From positions 460,073 through 524,072 of the forward strand of contig CAWBPO010000001.1 of the NCBI GenBank assembly GCA_963790795.1: a stretch of 64,000 bases of DNA, read 5' to 3'. The notes under the pieces were generated by a model that saw nothing but the letters and a program-made list of their open reading frames with translations, was not told where the DNA came from and ran no database searches. The translations under genes were made by a program, and so were the position numbers. Position 1 is the stretch's first letter; each line of letters begins with the position of its first letter. Origin of the DNA: an uncultured bacterium. Its GTDB lineage: Bacteria; Patescibacteriota; Minisyncoccia; Minisyncoccales; RBG-13-42-11. Positions 49,310 to 58,422 of the stretch are shown piece after piece.

Positions 49310-49783
49310 ATGAAAATCCAAAAAAGTTCAAGACATTCCAAAATTACCGGAAACTTCGGCGAGAATCTAATTTTATATTGGCTATCAAAATATAATTTCG
49401 AATGTGCGAATGTTGACCATACGGGCATAGATATAATTGCCAAGAACCCACATACAAAAGAGCTAATGGGGATTTCGGTCAAAAGCAGAAGCAGAGGCGA
49501 AGGTAAAGAAAAAGAATCCGTAAGCATCGGCAAAGAGGATTTCGATAAAATCAGAAAGGCATGTAATTCTTTCGGCTGCGTTCCTTATTTCGCCATCGTG
49601 GTAGACGCGAAAGATAAAATTTATTGCTTTATTCTCCCCTTAAAAAGGATATTGAAAATGTTTCCAGTGGGCAAAAATACTTTGGAATGGAAAATGGGAG
49701 AAGAATATTTGAACAAGTACTCTAGAGATTCAGAAATTAAAGTATTCGAGTTTACCCACAGAACTTACCGCTGGTGGAGGTAG
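49310..49783 (+). CDS. PD-(D/E)XK nuclease-fold-like protein
   Basis: MKIQKSS start at 49310 after AAAAAGGAAAA. VDHTGIDIIAKN...GISVKSRS resembles a D...(E/S)xK core. Confidence 0.5.
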   Translation: MKIQKSSRHSKITGNFGENLILYWLSKYNFECANVDHTGIDIIAKNPHTKELMGISVKSRSRGEGKEKESVSIGKEDFDKIRKACNSFGCVPYFAIVVDAKDKIYCFILPLKRILKMFPVGKNTLEWKMGEEYLNKYSRDSEIKVFEFTHRTYRWWR

Positions 49784-49811
49784 CCCCACTTTAGAAAAGA
49801 CTTAAAACAAA

Positions 49812-49843
49812 AAACACGAGGTGATTATAACCTCGTGTTTTTA
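49812..49843 (+). terminator. Intrinsic terminator
   Basis: ACACGAGGT-GATTATA-ACCTCGTGT followed by TTTTTA. Confidence 0.7.
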
Positions 49844-49975
49844 TGTATCCTTTGGATTCTAATAAAATCGTTTTGTTCTTAAAAGTTCGATGTTCTAGAC
49901 GGGTACGGCTTTCGATTTCTCGAACCGTTCCCAAAATATGAGGCGTTTCGGTCCCTCGAAGGGCTCACAAGACTG

Positions 49976-50046
49976 CTGCCGGGCTTGGATTCGAACCAAG
50001 ATATAAACCTTCAAAGGGTCTTGTCCTACCGTTAGACGACCCGGCA
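49976..50046 (-). tRNA. tRNA-Gln (anticodon UUG)
   Basis: Minus strand TGCCGGG TC GTC-TAACGGTAG-GAC A AGACC-CTTTGAA-GGTTT ATAT CTTGG-TTCGAAT-CCAAG CCCGGCA G. The cloverleaf was folded by hand. CCA is not encoded. Confidence 0.85.
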
Positions 50047-50051
50047 ATGAT

Positions 50052-51155
50052 TTACTCTTTCTCCCTGATTGTTTCAATTATAGCTAACTCTAAAGGTAGC
50101 TGCGGTATTGAAGAATATTTCATCGTATTTTCAGCTTCTAGAAAAAGACCAATAATCTTTCGCAATTGTTCTTCTTTTAAAATGCCTGCTTGTTTTTGAA
50201 GCTTTTCCAATTCTTCTTTAGTCAGGCCAGCTGCCCACCAGTTAGAACCAGCACCAGTTATCTTAACTATTAAAGCCCGTCTCAAATAATTAATCAAGGA
50301 CTTGGTAAACTCCTGAGGGTCAATACCTTTTTCAACTATTTCATTCAGAAAATTAAGCGTTTCTGAAGTCTTTTGTTGCAAAAGCAAGTCGCAGAACCGG
50401 CTTATGACGTTTATTTCCACCAAACCCAGTATTTCCTTAATGGTTTCCGTTTTAATCTCCTGGGAGCCCTGATAATTTAAAACCTGTCCTAATATGCTTT
50501 CTGCGTCCCTGATAGAGCCGGCAGCGTTCAAAGCAATCAATTCCAAGGCTGCTTTTTCAATTTTAATACCTTCTTTCTTGGCAATAAATTCCAATTTTTT
50601 GACGATTTCAGCCAGAGTAAGCTTTCTGAAATCAAAGCGCTGGCATCTGGAAATGATGGTCGGAATCATCTTATGTATTTCAGTAGTCGCTAAAATGAAA
50701 ATGGCATGGCTGGGAGGCTCTTCCAAGGTTTTCAAAAGAGCATTGGCTGCTTCTTTGGTCAATTGATGACTCTCATCTATTATGAATATCTTGTATTTTG
50801 ACTTTGAAGGAGCGAATCTTATTCCGTCTCTCAATTCTCTCATTTCATCAATTCCCCGGTGGGAAGCAGCGTCAATCTCAATCAAATCCAAAGACCGATT
50901 TTCCATTATTTCCGAGCAGGAAGAACATTTGTTGCAAGGTTCAAACTCCCCTTCTTTTCTGTTCTGACAGTTCAAAGATTTAGCCAGAAGACGGGCCACG
51001 GTCGTTTTCCCTGAACCGCGAGGCCCGGAAAACAAATAAGCGTGGGATATTATTCCGGAAGAAACAGCATTGGTCAAAGTTTGGACAACATGTTCCTGTC
51101 CAACAACCTCTGAGAAAACCTGTGGCCTGTATTTGCGATATAAAACTAAAGGCAT
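50052..51155 (-). CDS. dnaX: DNA polymerase III subunit gamma/tau (short form)
   Basis: GPRGSGKTT Walker A, zinc module CNKCSSC, DEsH box IIDESHQL, SRCQRF sensor. Confidence 0.9.
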   Translation of the reverse strand: MPLVLYRKYRPQVFSEVVGQEHVVQTLTNAVSSGIISHAYLFSGPRGSGKTTVARLLAKSLNCQNRKEGEFEPCNKCSSCSEIMENRSLDLIEIDAASHRGIDEMRELRDGIRFAPSKSKYKIFIIDESHQLTKEAANALLKTLEEPPSHAIFILATTEIHKMIPTIISRCQRFDFRKLTLAEIVKKLEFIAKKEGIKIEKAALELIALNAAGSIRDAESILGQVLNYQGSQEIKTETIKEILGLVEINVISRFCDLLLQQKTSETLNFLNEIVEKGIDPQEFTKSLINYLRRALIVKITGAGSNWWAAGLTKEELEKLQKQAGILKEEQLRKIIGLFLEAENTMKYSSIPQLPLELAIIETIREKE

Positions 51156-51157
51156 AA

Positions 51158-51769
51158 TTATTTATTTTTTGATTTTTTATACAACCACCAGCCAAAGACA
51201 AAAATAGCAATAATCAGCATTAACCAGTCAAACCTTCGAAAATAAACTTCAATATTCTGCCAGTTTTCACCAGTCATAATTCCGATAAAAGTCAAAAAAA
51301 TCACCCAAGGCAAAGAACCAAAAAAAGTATATAAAGAAAACTTGGCAAAAGGCATTTTAGCGATACCAGCCGGAAAAGAAAAGAAAGTTCTTGCCACAGG
51401 AATCATTCTTGAAAAAAACACACTGATGCTCCCGTATTTTTTAAACCATTTCTCTGCCTTATTTAAATCATTAATAGAAAACAAAACGTATTTTCCGTAT
51501 TTTTCAATTATCGGCCTGCCTCCGTAATATCCCACAAGATAAGCAAAAATAGAGCCGATTAGGTTTCCGACGGTTCCAGCAATAACCGTCCACCACAAAG
51601 AAAACTTGTTCAAGAAAACCAAATAGCCGGAAAACGGCATGATTATCTCAGAAGGTATGGGAATGCAAGCACTTTCCAAAGCCATCAAAATACCAATTCC
51701 AAAATAGCCTGAACCTGAAATGAAATTAACGATAAAAGAACTGACAAAAGATAAAAAAGTATATATCAT
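51158..51769 (-). CDS. DedA-family membrane protein
   Basis: 203 aa with the GYFGIGILMALESACIPIPSE and R.IPVARTF motifs. Confidence 0.8.
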   Translation of the reverse strand: MIYTFLSFVSSFIVNFISGSGYFGIGILMALESACIPIPSEIIMPFSGYLVFLNKFSLWWTVIAGTVGNLIGSIFAYLVGYYGGRPIIEKYGKYVLFSINDLNKAEKWFKKYGSISVFFSRMIPVARTFFSFPAGIAKMPFAKFSLYTFFGSLPWVIFLTFIGIMTGENWQNIEVYFRRFDWLMLIIAIFVFGWWLYKKSKNK

Positions 51770-51861
51770 CTATATTATTTTAACTTGTAAAAAATCAAAA
51801 ATCAAGTAGCACTTTACTCAGATAGAGACAAAAAGTTAAATCATGTGATATAATAAAAACG

Positions 51862-53247
51862 ATGCTTAAACTATACAACACTTTAACGAGAAAAAAAGAA
51901 ACTTTTAAACCGAGAAAAGACAAAAAAATAAACCTTTTTGTCTGCGGGCCAACGGTTTACGATTTCTCGCATATCGGACATGCCAGAACATACATCAGTT
52001 TTGACGCAATTGTAAAATACCTCAGAGAAACAGGCTTTGATGTTTTCTATTTGCAGAATATTACCGACATTGACGATAAAATCATTGAAAGAGCCAAAAA
52101 ATCAAAAGTTTCACCTTTAAAATTGGCTGAAAGATTCAAAAAAGAATATTTAAAAGACGTAAAAGACCTGAAAATAACCAGCGTTTCAAAATACGCCAGA
52201 GCAACAGATTATATCAAAGAAATATTAAGCCAGGTCAAGCGCTTAATAAAAAAAGGATATGCTTACCGATTGGAAGACGGAATCTATTACGATATTTCCA
52301 AATTTAAAAACTACGGCAAGCTTTCAAGAAGAACTGTTCTGCAGGCAGAAGACGGCGTATCAAGAATAGACCAAGCCAAAGGAAAAAGAAACAAAGGAGA
52401 TTTCTGCTTATGGAAAAAGTCAAAGTCAGGAGAGCCTAAGTGGTCCTCACCCTGGTTTAAAGGAAGGCCTGGCTGGCATATTGAAGATACAGCCATAACT
52501 GAAAAACAATTCGGCCCTCAATACGATATCCATGGCGGAGCACAAGACCTTATCTTTCCCCACCATGAAGCGGAAATAGCCCAGATGGAAGCAATATCTA
52601 AAAAACATCCTCTGGTCAAATACTGGCTCCATACAGGCTTTCTTAAGGTAGAAGGCCATAAAATGGCAAAATCTTTGGGAAACTTCATCACTATTAGAGA
52701 CTTCCTAAAAGAAAATGACAGTAGGGTTTTAAGACTGCTTGTTATTAAAAGCCATTACCGTTCCCCTCTTAATTACAACAAAAAACTGCTTTCCCAAACC
52801 AAAAAAGAACTGGAAAGAATAGATGAATTCGTAGATAAATTGTCTGGAGTCAAGACTGTTGAAGTTAGTCTTCAACAGATTCTGAAGGGGGTTGAGGGAA
52901 AGTTTAAGGCGGCGATGGAAGACGATTTTAACACGCCAAAAGCAATCGCTGTTATATTTAATTTGATAAACAAAGGAAATTCTTTAATCAGTCAAAACAA
53001 GTTAACTTCAGCTGACGCCAAAGAGATTCTAAACTTTTTAAAGAAAATTGATAAAGTTTTTGATTTTATCTTTCAAGAAAAAGCAAAAGAAAAAATCCCC
53101 TCTTCTGTTATAAACTTAGTTAAGCTCAGGGAAAGATATAGAAAAGAAAACAACTGGCAGAAAGCGGACGAGATAAGAAAAAAAATACAGAAGCTTGGCT
53201 TCTGGATTGAAGACACGAAAGACGGTTCAAAGATTAAGAAGATATAA
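51862..53247 (+). CDS. cysS: Cysteine--tRNA ligase
   Basis: HIGHARTY (HIGH) and KMAKSLGN (KMSKS) motifs. A TATAAT box lies 7 nt upstream of the ATG. Confidence 0.95.
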   Translation: MLKLYNTLTRKKETFKPRKDKKINLFVCGPTVYDFSHIGHARTYISFDAIVKYLRETGFDVFYLQNITDIDDKIIERAKKSKVSPLKLAERFKKEYLKDVKDLKITSVSKYARATDYIKEILSQVKRLIKKGYAYRLEDGIYYDISKFKNYGKLSRRTVLQAEDGVSRIDQAKGKRNKGDFCLWKKSKSGEPKWSSPWFKGRPGWHIEDTAITEKQFGPQYDIHGGAQDLIFPHHEAEIAQMEAISKKHPLVKYWLHTGFLKVEGHKMAKSLGNFITIRDFLKENDSRVLRLLVIKSHYRSPLNYNKKLLSQTKKELERIDEFVDKLSGVKTVEVSLQQILKGVEGKFKAAMEDDFNTPKAIAVIFNLINKGNSLISQNKLTSADAKEILNFLKKIDKVFDFIFQEKAKEKIPSSVINLVKLRERYRKENNWQKADEIRKKIQKLGFWIEDTKDGSKIKKI

Positions 53248-53299
53248 GCAAAAAAATCAGGCACCCTCCGAAGAAGGTGCCTTTAATTTAAGCCGCTGT

Positions 53300-53761
53300 T
53301 TATTCTTTTTTCTTGAGAACTATCTGGGGACATCTAATTGTAGCCAGCCACTGGAAATGCTCGTATAGATCTGGCGTTTTGCGCCTGTCTCTCTCCTGCT
53401 CAATTAAGGCTTTAAGGTCCATCCATTTTTGGTAGAACCAGTAGGGTTTCCACAGGTCGAAGATTGCCTTTTGATTCAGGTAACCCTTCTGTATTCCTGC
53501 GCCTATACGATTGAACGCATAAACAAGTTGAAGAAGGATTTGAACCTTAGCGGAATCTGGCTCGGGTCCAAGAAATTCCAAGATATTCTGGTCACCCATC
53601 TTCCTTAATAATTCCCTGGCCTCTTTTGCTTCGTCAAATGCACGCGCAACAAACGAAACGCTTAATAGTTGCCAAATGACATACAAAAGACAATATGTCA
53701 GGCAAATTGCGATCAAGAGAAAAACCAAAAGTATCGTGGCTATTGTGATAATCTCTAACAT
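53300..53761 (-). CDS. Hypothetical membrane-anchored protein
   Basis: The MLEIITIATILL start at 53761 is preceded by GGAGGGGGG. The longer listed ORF would overlap the glycosyltransferase gene. Confidence 0.4.
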   Translation of the reverse strand: MLEIITIATILLVFLLIAICLTYCLLYVIWQLLSVSFVARAFDEAKEARELLRKMGDQNILEFLGPEPDSAKVQILLQLVYAFNRIGAGIQKGYLNQKAIFDLWKPYWFYQKWMDLKALIEQERDRRKTPDLYEHFQWLATIRCPQIVLKKKE

Positions 53762-53835
53762 TCTTTTCCCCCCTCCTTTCTGATTGGAAAACAGCGGCTT
53801 AGATAACAAAACTCTAACACTATTTTTCCTTTTTG

Positions 53836-54966
53836 TCAAGCAATTTTCTTCTTCTGCTTACGGCACAATTTATAAAAATCAAGCACCTGGTCTGCAATTT
53901 TTGGCCAGGAGTATTTTTTTGCTTCTTCAATCCCCCATTCCCCCATCTCTTTTCTTAATTTCTTGTCTTTTGTTAAAATCTCCAATTTCTCAGCTAAAGC
54001 TTTGTAATCTTTTGCTTCAGCTAAAAACATGCTTCCTTTTCCTTTTTCCAGCACTCCTTTGTAGCCCTCGTTGGCGAAAGCGACCACTGGAACGCCGGAA
54101 GCCATAGCTTCAATTAAAACAATGCCAAAGCTTTCTCCGTAAATTGCCGGACTGCAGAAAATGTCAGCTGTTTTGTAGTATTGTGGCACATTTTTCTCTT
54201 TTGCCACTTTTTCAAAAACAACGTTGTTCAATCTGTTCCTTTTTGTCCATTGCTGACAATTGCTTTTCAAGGTGCCTTCACCCACCACAATCAATCTTAA
54301 ATTCGGATAGCTTTTATTTAAAATCTTAAAAGCTTTCAACAAATAAATTAAACCTTTTCTTTCTTCAATCCGACCCAAGAATAATATATTCAGCTTGTCA
54401 TCGGAAAACCTTTTCAGTTTTGGAATTTTCCCGCTGAACTCGCTCAAATCTATGCCGTTGGGAATGACGGTTTTTGGCCCTTTGTAGTTTTTAAAGAATT
54501 CCAAACAAAGAGGAGCTACGCCGATTATGCCGTCTATTTTCAATTGAACCAGTCTGTCAAAAAGATAAAGAAGCCCGGGAAAAGACATTATGAAATTGTT
54601 TTTCTCAAGATTGGCGTGAAAAGTGAGGACATTCAGAGCTTTTGAATATTCCAAAATCTGCAAAGTTGAAGGAAACCCGCAGTTGTGAAAATGCAGAACG
54701 TCAAAATTCTCTTCATCTAAAAGCTTTTTAACGCTAAAAGGATTGAAATTCAGACAGAAATCACCCTGCGTTCCTCCGACATTAAAGGGAAAAGAAGTGC
54801 CAAGCAAAATGACGTCTTTTCCGTAGTTCTCTTTTCTTGAGCGGCGGGGAGCAATAATCTTTGATTCAATGCCTCTTTTTCTGAACTCCTGGTGCAAGCC
54901 TAAAATATGGCGTTTTACTCCGCCTGGCTGCAAAAACGAATGAAAAGATATTAGTCCTACCTTCAT
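53836..54966 (-). CDS. Glycosyltransferase family 4 (GT-B)
   Basis: MKVGLISFHSF..GGV start at 54966 and a C-terminal E..FGIVLIEAMASGVPVVA motif. Confidence 0.85.
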   Translation of the reverse strand: MKVGLISFHSFLQPGGVKRHILGLHQEFRKRGIESKIIAPRRSRKENYGKDVILLGTSFPFNVGGTQGDFCLNFNPFSVKKLLDEENFDVLHFHNCGFPSTLQILEYSKALNVLTFHANLEKNNFIMSFPGLLYLFDRLVQLKIDGIIGVAPLCLEFFKNYKGPKTVIPNGIDLSEFSGKIPKLKRFSDDKLNILFLGRIEERKGLIYLLKAFKILNKSYPNLRLIVVGEGTLKSNCQQWTKRNRLNNVVFEKVAKEKNVPQYYKTADIFCSPAIYGESFGIVLIEAMASGVPVVAFANEGYKGVLEKGKGSMFLAEAKDYKALAEKLEILTKDKKLRKEMGEWGIEEAKKYSWPKIADQVLDFYKLCRKQKKKIA

Positions 54967-55051
54967 AATTTTGAACGATGGTGAAAAATTATATCCTGAG
55001 ATATATTTTTGTATTTTGACATTTAAAGTAGCGCTTGCTATATTAGACCTG

Positions 55052-56422
55052 ATGAAGAGCAATCCTTCGAACAAAGAATTGCCGGACAAGCTGCCGCCCC
55101 AAGATATAGAGACGGAAAAATCTTTATTGGGCTGCTTGATGCTGGACAAAAACGCCATAGTCAAAGTGGTTGATTTTATTACTCCCAGAGATTTTTACAA
55201 ACCAATTCATCAGGAAATTTACAATAAATGCCAGGAACTTTTTGAAAGAAGCGAGCCAATTGACTTGCTCAGTTTGGCCAGCAAACTGAAAGAATCAGGC
55301 AAGCTGGAAGAAATCGGCGGCAGCAGCTATCTGACAGAACTGATTAATTGTATTCCCACTGCCTCCAATGTTTTACATTATGCCAAAATCGTTCAAAAGA
55401 AAAGAATTCTCAGGGACTTAATAGAAGTCGGTTCGGAAGTGGCGGTCTCAGGATACAATGAGGCAGAAGATCCGGATGTTCTGCTGGACCAGGCGGAAAA
55501 AAACATATTCAGCATCGCTCAAAAAGGCCTTTCCCAGAAATTCGTAGCAATCAAAGAAAGCTTGGAGGAAGCGTTTGAAAGAATTGACCAACTGTCAAAA
55601 CACAAAGGAGGCCTCAGGGGTCTGGCAACAGGATTCACTGCGCTGGATAATATACTGGCTGGCCTTCAAAAATCAGACTTAATCGTTTTAGCTTCCAGAC
55701 CTTCTATGGGAAAAAGCGCTCTGGCTATGAACATTGCCAGCCATGTTGCCATTAATGGAAAAACGCCAGTGGGTCTGTTCAGCTTGGAAATGGCAAAAGA
55801 CCAATTGGTTGACAGGCTGATTGCTGACCAGGCTGGAATTGACTTGTGGAGATTAAGAACAGGCAAGCTTTCAAGCGAAGGAGCTGACAATGATTTTACT
55901 AAAATACGGCATGCTTTAGGAGTGCTCTCAGAAGCGCCAATATATATTGATGATTCAGCTGTCTGCAATATCCTGCAAATGAGAGCCATGGCTAGACGTC
56001 TTCAAGCTGAAAAAGGTCTTGGCCTTATTGTCGTTGATTATTTGCAGCTGATGGAGCCGAGGAATACCAATGCCCCCATGGTCCAGCAAATGACTGAGAT
56101 TTCCCGTTCTCTTAAATCATTGGCCAGAGAGTTGAACGTGCCTGTTTTGGCTATTTCCCAGCTGACAAGAGCAGTTGAGCAAAGAAGTCCCCAGATCCCT
56201 CGCTTATCAGACCTAAGGGAAACAGGCGCTATTGAGCAGGATGCCGACGTTGTTTTGTTCATTTACCGGGAAGACAGATACAGACAAGACAGCACCAGAA
56301 AGAACATTGCCGATATTATAATCGCCAAACACAGAAACGGGCCTGTGGGCAAAATTGAGCTGTATTTTGACGAAAGCATGGTTTCTTTCAGAAATTTGGA
56401 AAAACAATATTACGAGGAATAA
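55052..56422 (+). CDS. dnaB: Replicative DNA helicase DnaB
   Basis: PPQDIETEKSLLGCLMLD N-terminal domain, Walker A SRPSMGKSA, Walker B VVDYLQLM, RecA-like C-terminus. ATG at 55052. Confidence 0.93.
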   Translation: MKSNPSNKELPDKLPPQDIETEKSLLGCLMLDKNAIVKVVDFITPRDFYKPIHQEIYNKCQELFERSEPIDLLSLASKLKESGKLEEIGGSSYLTELINCIPTASNVLHYAKIVQKKRILRDLIEVGSEVAVSGYNEAEDPDVLLDQAEKNIFSIAQKGLSQKFVAIKESLEEAFERIDQLSKHKGGLRGLATGFTALDNILAGLQKSDLIVLASRPSMGKSALAMNIASHVAINGKTPVGLFSLEMAKDQLVDRLIADQAGIDLWRLRTGKLSSEGADNDFTKIRHALGVLSEAPIYIDDSAVCNILQMRAMARRLQAEKGLGLIVVDYLQLMEPRNTNAPMVQQMTEISRSLKSLARELNVPVLAISQLTRAVEQRSPQIPRLSDLRETGAIEQDADVVLFIYREDRYRQDSTRKNIADIIIAKHRNGPVGKIELYFDESMVSFRNLEKQYYEE

Positions 56423-56425
56423 TAA

Positions 56426-57019
56426 ATGTACTCTCGCTCCATTCAAAAATTAATAGAATTGTTTTCAAAATTTCCGACAGTCGGTCCAAGAACAGCTGCT
56501 CGGTTTGTTTTTTATCTGTTAGGCTTAACCAAAGAAGAAATTGAGGAACTGACTTCATCGATAGCTAAACTGAAAGAAAACGTAAAATTGTGCAGTTTCT
56601 GTCATAAATCATTTGAAAAAGAAGGTGAACTTTGCGAAATTTGCAATAATCCTGGCAGAGACAAATCTTTGCTCTGCATAGTTGAAAAAGAAACCGATTT
56701 AATACCGATTGAAAAAACCAAAAAATATGCTGGCAGGTATTTCATATTGGGCGGTACGATTTCCGCTTTTAAAAAAGCAGAGCTTAAAAAATTAAGGATA
56801 AGCGAACTCTTAGAAGCAGTTAATAAATCTGAGATAAAAGAAATCATTATCGCTTTAAATCCGACAACAGAAGGAGAGACCACTGTTTTGTACTTAGAAA
56901 GGACTTTAAAGCCTTTAAATAAAAAAATAAGCCGCTTAGGAAGAGGCTTGCCGGTCGGCGCTGAACTGGAATACGCAGACGAAGAAACATTGGGAGCGGC
57001 TTTTGAGGGAAGAAAATAA
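56426..57019 (+). CDS. recR: Recombination protein RecR
   Basis: HhH FPTVGPRTAARF, C4 zinc finger CSFC..CEIC, Toprim domain. Confidence 0.92.
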   Translation: MYSRSIQKLIELFSKFPTVGPRTAARFVFYLLGLTKEEIEELTSSIAKLKENVKLCSFCHKSFEKEGELCEICNNPGRDKSLLCIVEKETDLIPIEKTKKYAGRYFILGGTISAFKKAELKKLRISELLEAVNKSEIKEIIIALNPTTEGETTVLYLERTLKPLNKKISRLGRGLPVGAELEYADEETLGAAFEGRK

Positions 57020-57022
57020 AAA

Positions 57023-57340
57023 TCAGGATGTGCTTTGGATTTGAGTAATCTCAACTTCTGTAAAAGGCTGTCTGTGGCCTTTTTTTACTTTATAGCGCTT
57101 TTTCGCTTTGTATTTGAAAGCAATAACTTTCTTAGCTTTGCCGTGTTTTAAAATTTTACCCAAAACTTTAACACCTTTTAAATGAGGCATGCCGATGTCC
57201 ACTTTTTTATTCTTTTCCAGCAACAAAACATCGTTAAAAGTAACTTCGCTTCCCTCTTTTTTCTCAATCTTTTCAATTTTTATTTTATGTCCGGGAGAAA
57301 CAATATATTGTTTGCCTCCGGTTTTAATAACAGCTAACAT
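57023..57340 (-). CDS. rplU: 50S ribosomal protein L21
   Basis: MLAVIKTGGKQYIVSPG start; 105 aa. Confidence 0.9.
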   Translation of the reverse strand: MLAVIKTGGKQYIVSPGHKIKIEKIEKKEGSEVTFNDVLLLEKNKKVDIGMPHLKGVKVLGKILKHGKAKKVIAFKYKAKKRYKVKKGHRQPFTEVEITQIQSTS

Positions 57341-57345
57341 ATTAT

Positions 57346-58407
57346 TTATTCTTCTGACGGAGCTTCTATTTCTTTAATTTTTATCTTAGATTCTCCATCT
57401 GTAATTTTTACCACATCTTTATCAACTTTGGCAAGCTCTTTACTCGCCCTGTTATAGCTGCTTACAGTCGTTGATAAATGCTCTCCTATTTTCTTCATAT
57501 ACTCGCTATAGGTTACCATATGGCGGCCTAATCTTTCCACCTCCTTTATTATCTCCTGAGCTTGCTCAGATATTTTTTGGTTTCTTAATCCCTGTAAAAC
57601 AGTTTGCAGATAAGCGAGGAAAGAAGTCGGAGAAACAATCACCACCTTCTTTTTGCTCGCGTAATATATTAAATTATTCGTATCTTCCGTCACCGCGCCG
57701 ATTTTATTTATAAGCAAATCATAGAAAACAGCTTCAGAGGGTATAAACATAAATGCGAAATTCATTGTTTTTTCTTCGGGTTTCACGTATTTCGCCGTTT
57801 CGTCTATTCTTGACTTAATATCTGCCATGAAAGAGCTTTCATATCTTTTTTTCTCGCCAGGATCATGCGATTCCAAAATTCTGTTATAATTTTCCAGACT
57901 GAATTTTGAATCAATGGGAATAACCTTTTTATCTACGAAGACCGCCGCATCCACTATTGTTCCGTCTTTAAAAGAATACTGCATTTGATAAGAGCTTGGC
58001 GGAAGAACATTCTTTAATACGGTTTCCAGATAATATTCTCCCAAAACACCTCTTTGTTTGGGATTTTTTAATATGTCCTGGAGATTTTGAAGCTGGTCGG
58101 CGAAACCAATCACCTGCCGGTTGGTATCATCTAATTTTGTCAGTTTTTCAGTAACGCTGCCTATAATCTTGGCGCTTTGGTTGAATTGAGTTTGGATGGT
58201 TCTTGTTGATTCCGATAATTTATTATCTAAAACCTGATTCATGTGATTCAACTGCTGCATTATTAAAGAACTTTCCTCTTTATTAGAACCTTTCTTAATT
58301 AACAAAAAAATAACTATTATCAAGCCGACAAAAATTAAAATTAAAAATGGAAGCATTAATTGTTCCATAACGGCATTTACTTTACCATAAATTGCTGCTG
58401 ATTGCAA
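57346..58407 (-). CDS. rmuC: DNA recombination protein RmuC
   Basis: N-terminal TM, a coiled coil, and a C-terminal FMFIPSEAVF nuclease-like core. Confidence 0.85.
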   Translation of the reverse strand: MQSAAIYGKVNAVMEQLMLPFLILIFVGLIIVIFLLIKKGSNKEESSLIMQQLNHMNQVLDNKLSESTRTIQTQFNQSAKIIGSVTEKLTKLDDTNRQVIGFADQLQNLQDILKNPKQRGVLGEYYLETVLKNVLPPSSYQMQYSFKDGTIVDAAVFVDKKVIPIDSKFSLENYNRILESHDPGEKKRYESSFMADIKSRIDETAKYVKPEEKTMNFAFMFIPSEAVFYDLLINKIGAVTEDTNNLIYYASKKKVVIVSPTSFLAYLQTVLQGLRNQKISEQAQEIIKEVERLGRHMVTYSEYMKKIGEHLSTTVSSYNRASKELAKVDKDVVKITDGESKIKIKEIEAPSEE

Positions 58408-58422
58408 TTATTTTTAAAATAA

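Larger units (their letters stand above)
43627..49783. mobile_element. Prophage-like / integrative element remnant (HTH, Zn-ribbon, ParB-MTase, TerS-like, TerL, large serine recombinase, PD-(D/E)XK)
   Basis: Phage packaging and integration genes are present without capsid, portal or tail genes, next to tRNA-Gln. Boundaries are not determined. Confidence 0.5.

Noticed and set aside
19823-49907. A shared 13-mer TCTAGACGGGTAC at 19823-19835 and 49895-49907, considered as possible att-type direct repeats of a 30-kb element.
   Set aside because: The interval contains core genes (obg, engB, csp). The match is short, and both copies lie in spacers that belong to the dispersed intergenic repeat families. 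It is more likely a shared repeat motif than an integration scar.
49890-49975. A possible second tRNA or tRNA fragment just downstream of tRNA-Gln (GGTTCGAGAAATCGAA looks T-arm-like).
   Set aside because: No acceptor, D or anticodon arms can be built. It is a GAAA-capped hairpin resembling the variable part of repeat family B, not a tRNA.
49895-50077. The 60-aa ORF overlapping tRNA-Gln, and the N-terminal 26 codons of ORF 59376-60575 overlapping tRNA-Glu.
   Set aside because: The sequence folds into canonical tRNA cloverleaves. For the transporter, an internal ATG at 60497 directly after the tRNA gives a normal N-terminus.
53836-55164. A long N-terminal extension of the glycosyltransferase ORF, and the TTG start of the dnaB ORF at 54971, which together imply a 190-nt overlap of divergent genes.
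   Set aside because: The internal starts at 54966 (MKVGLISFHS) and 55052 (MKSNPSNKEL) match the conserved N-termini of the two families and remove the overlap.
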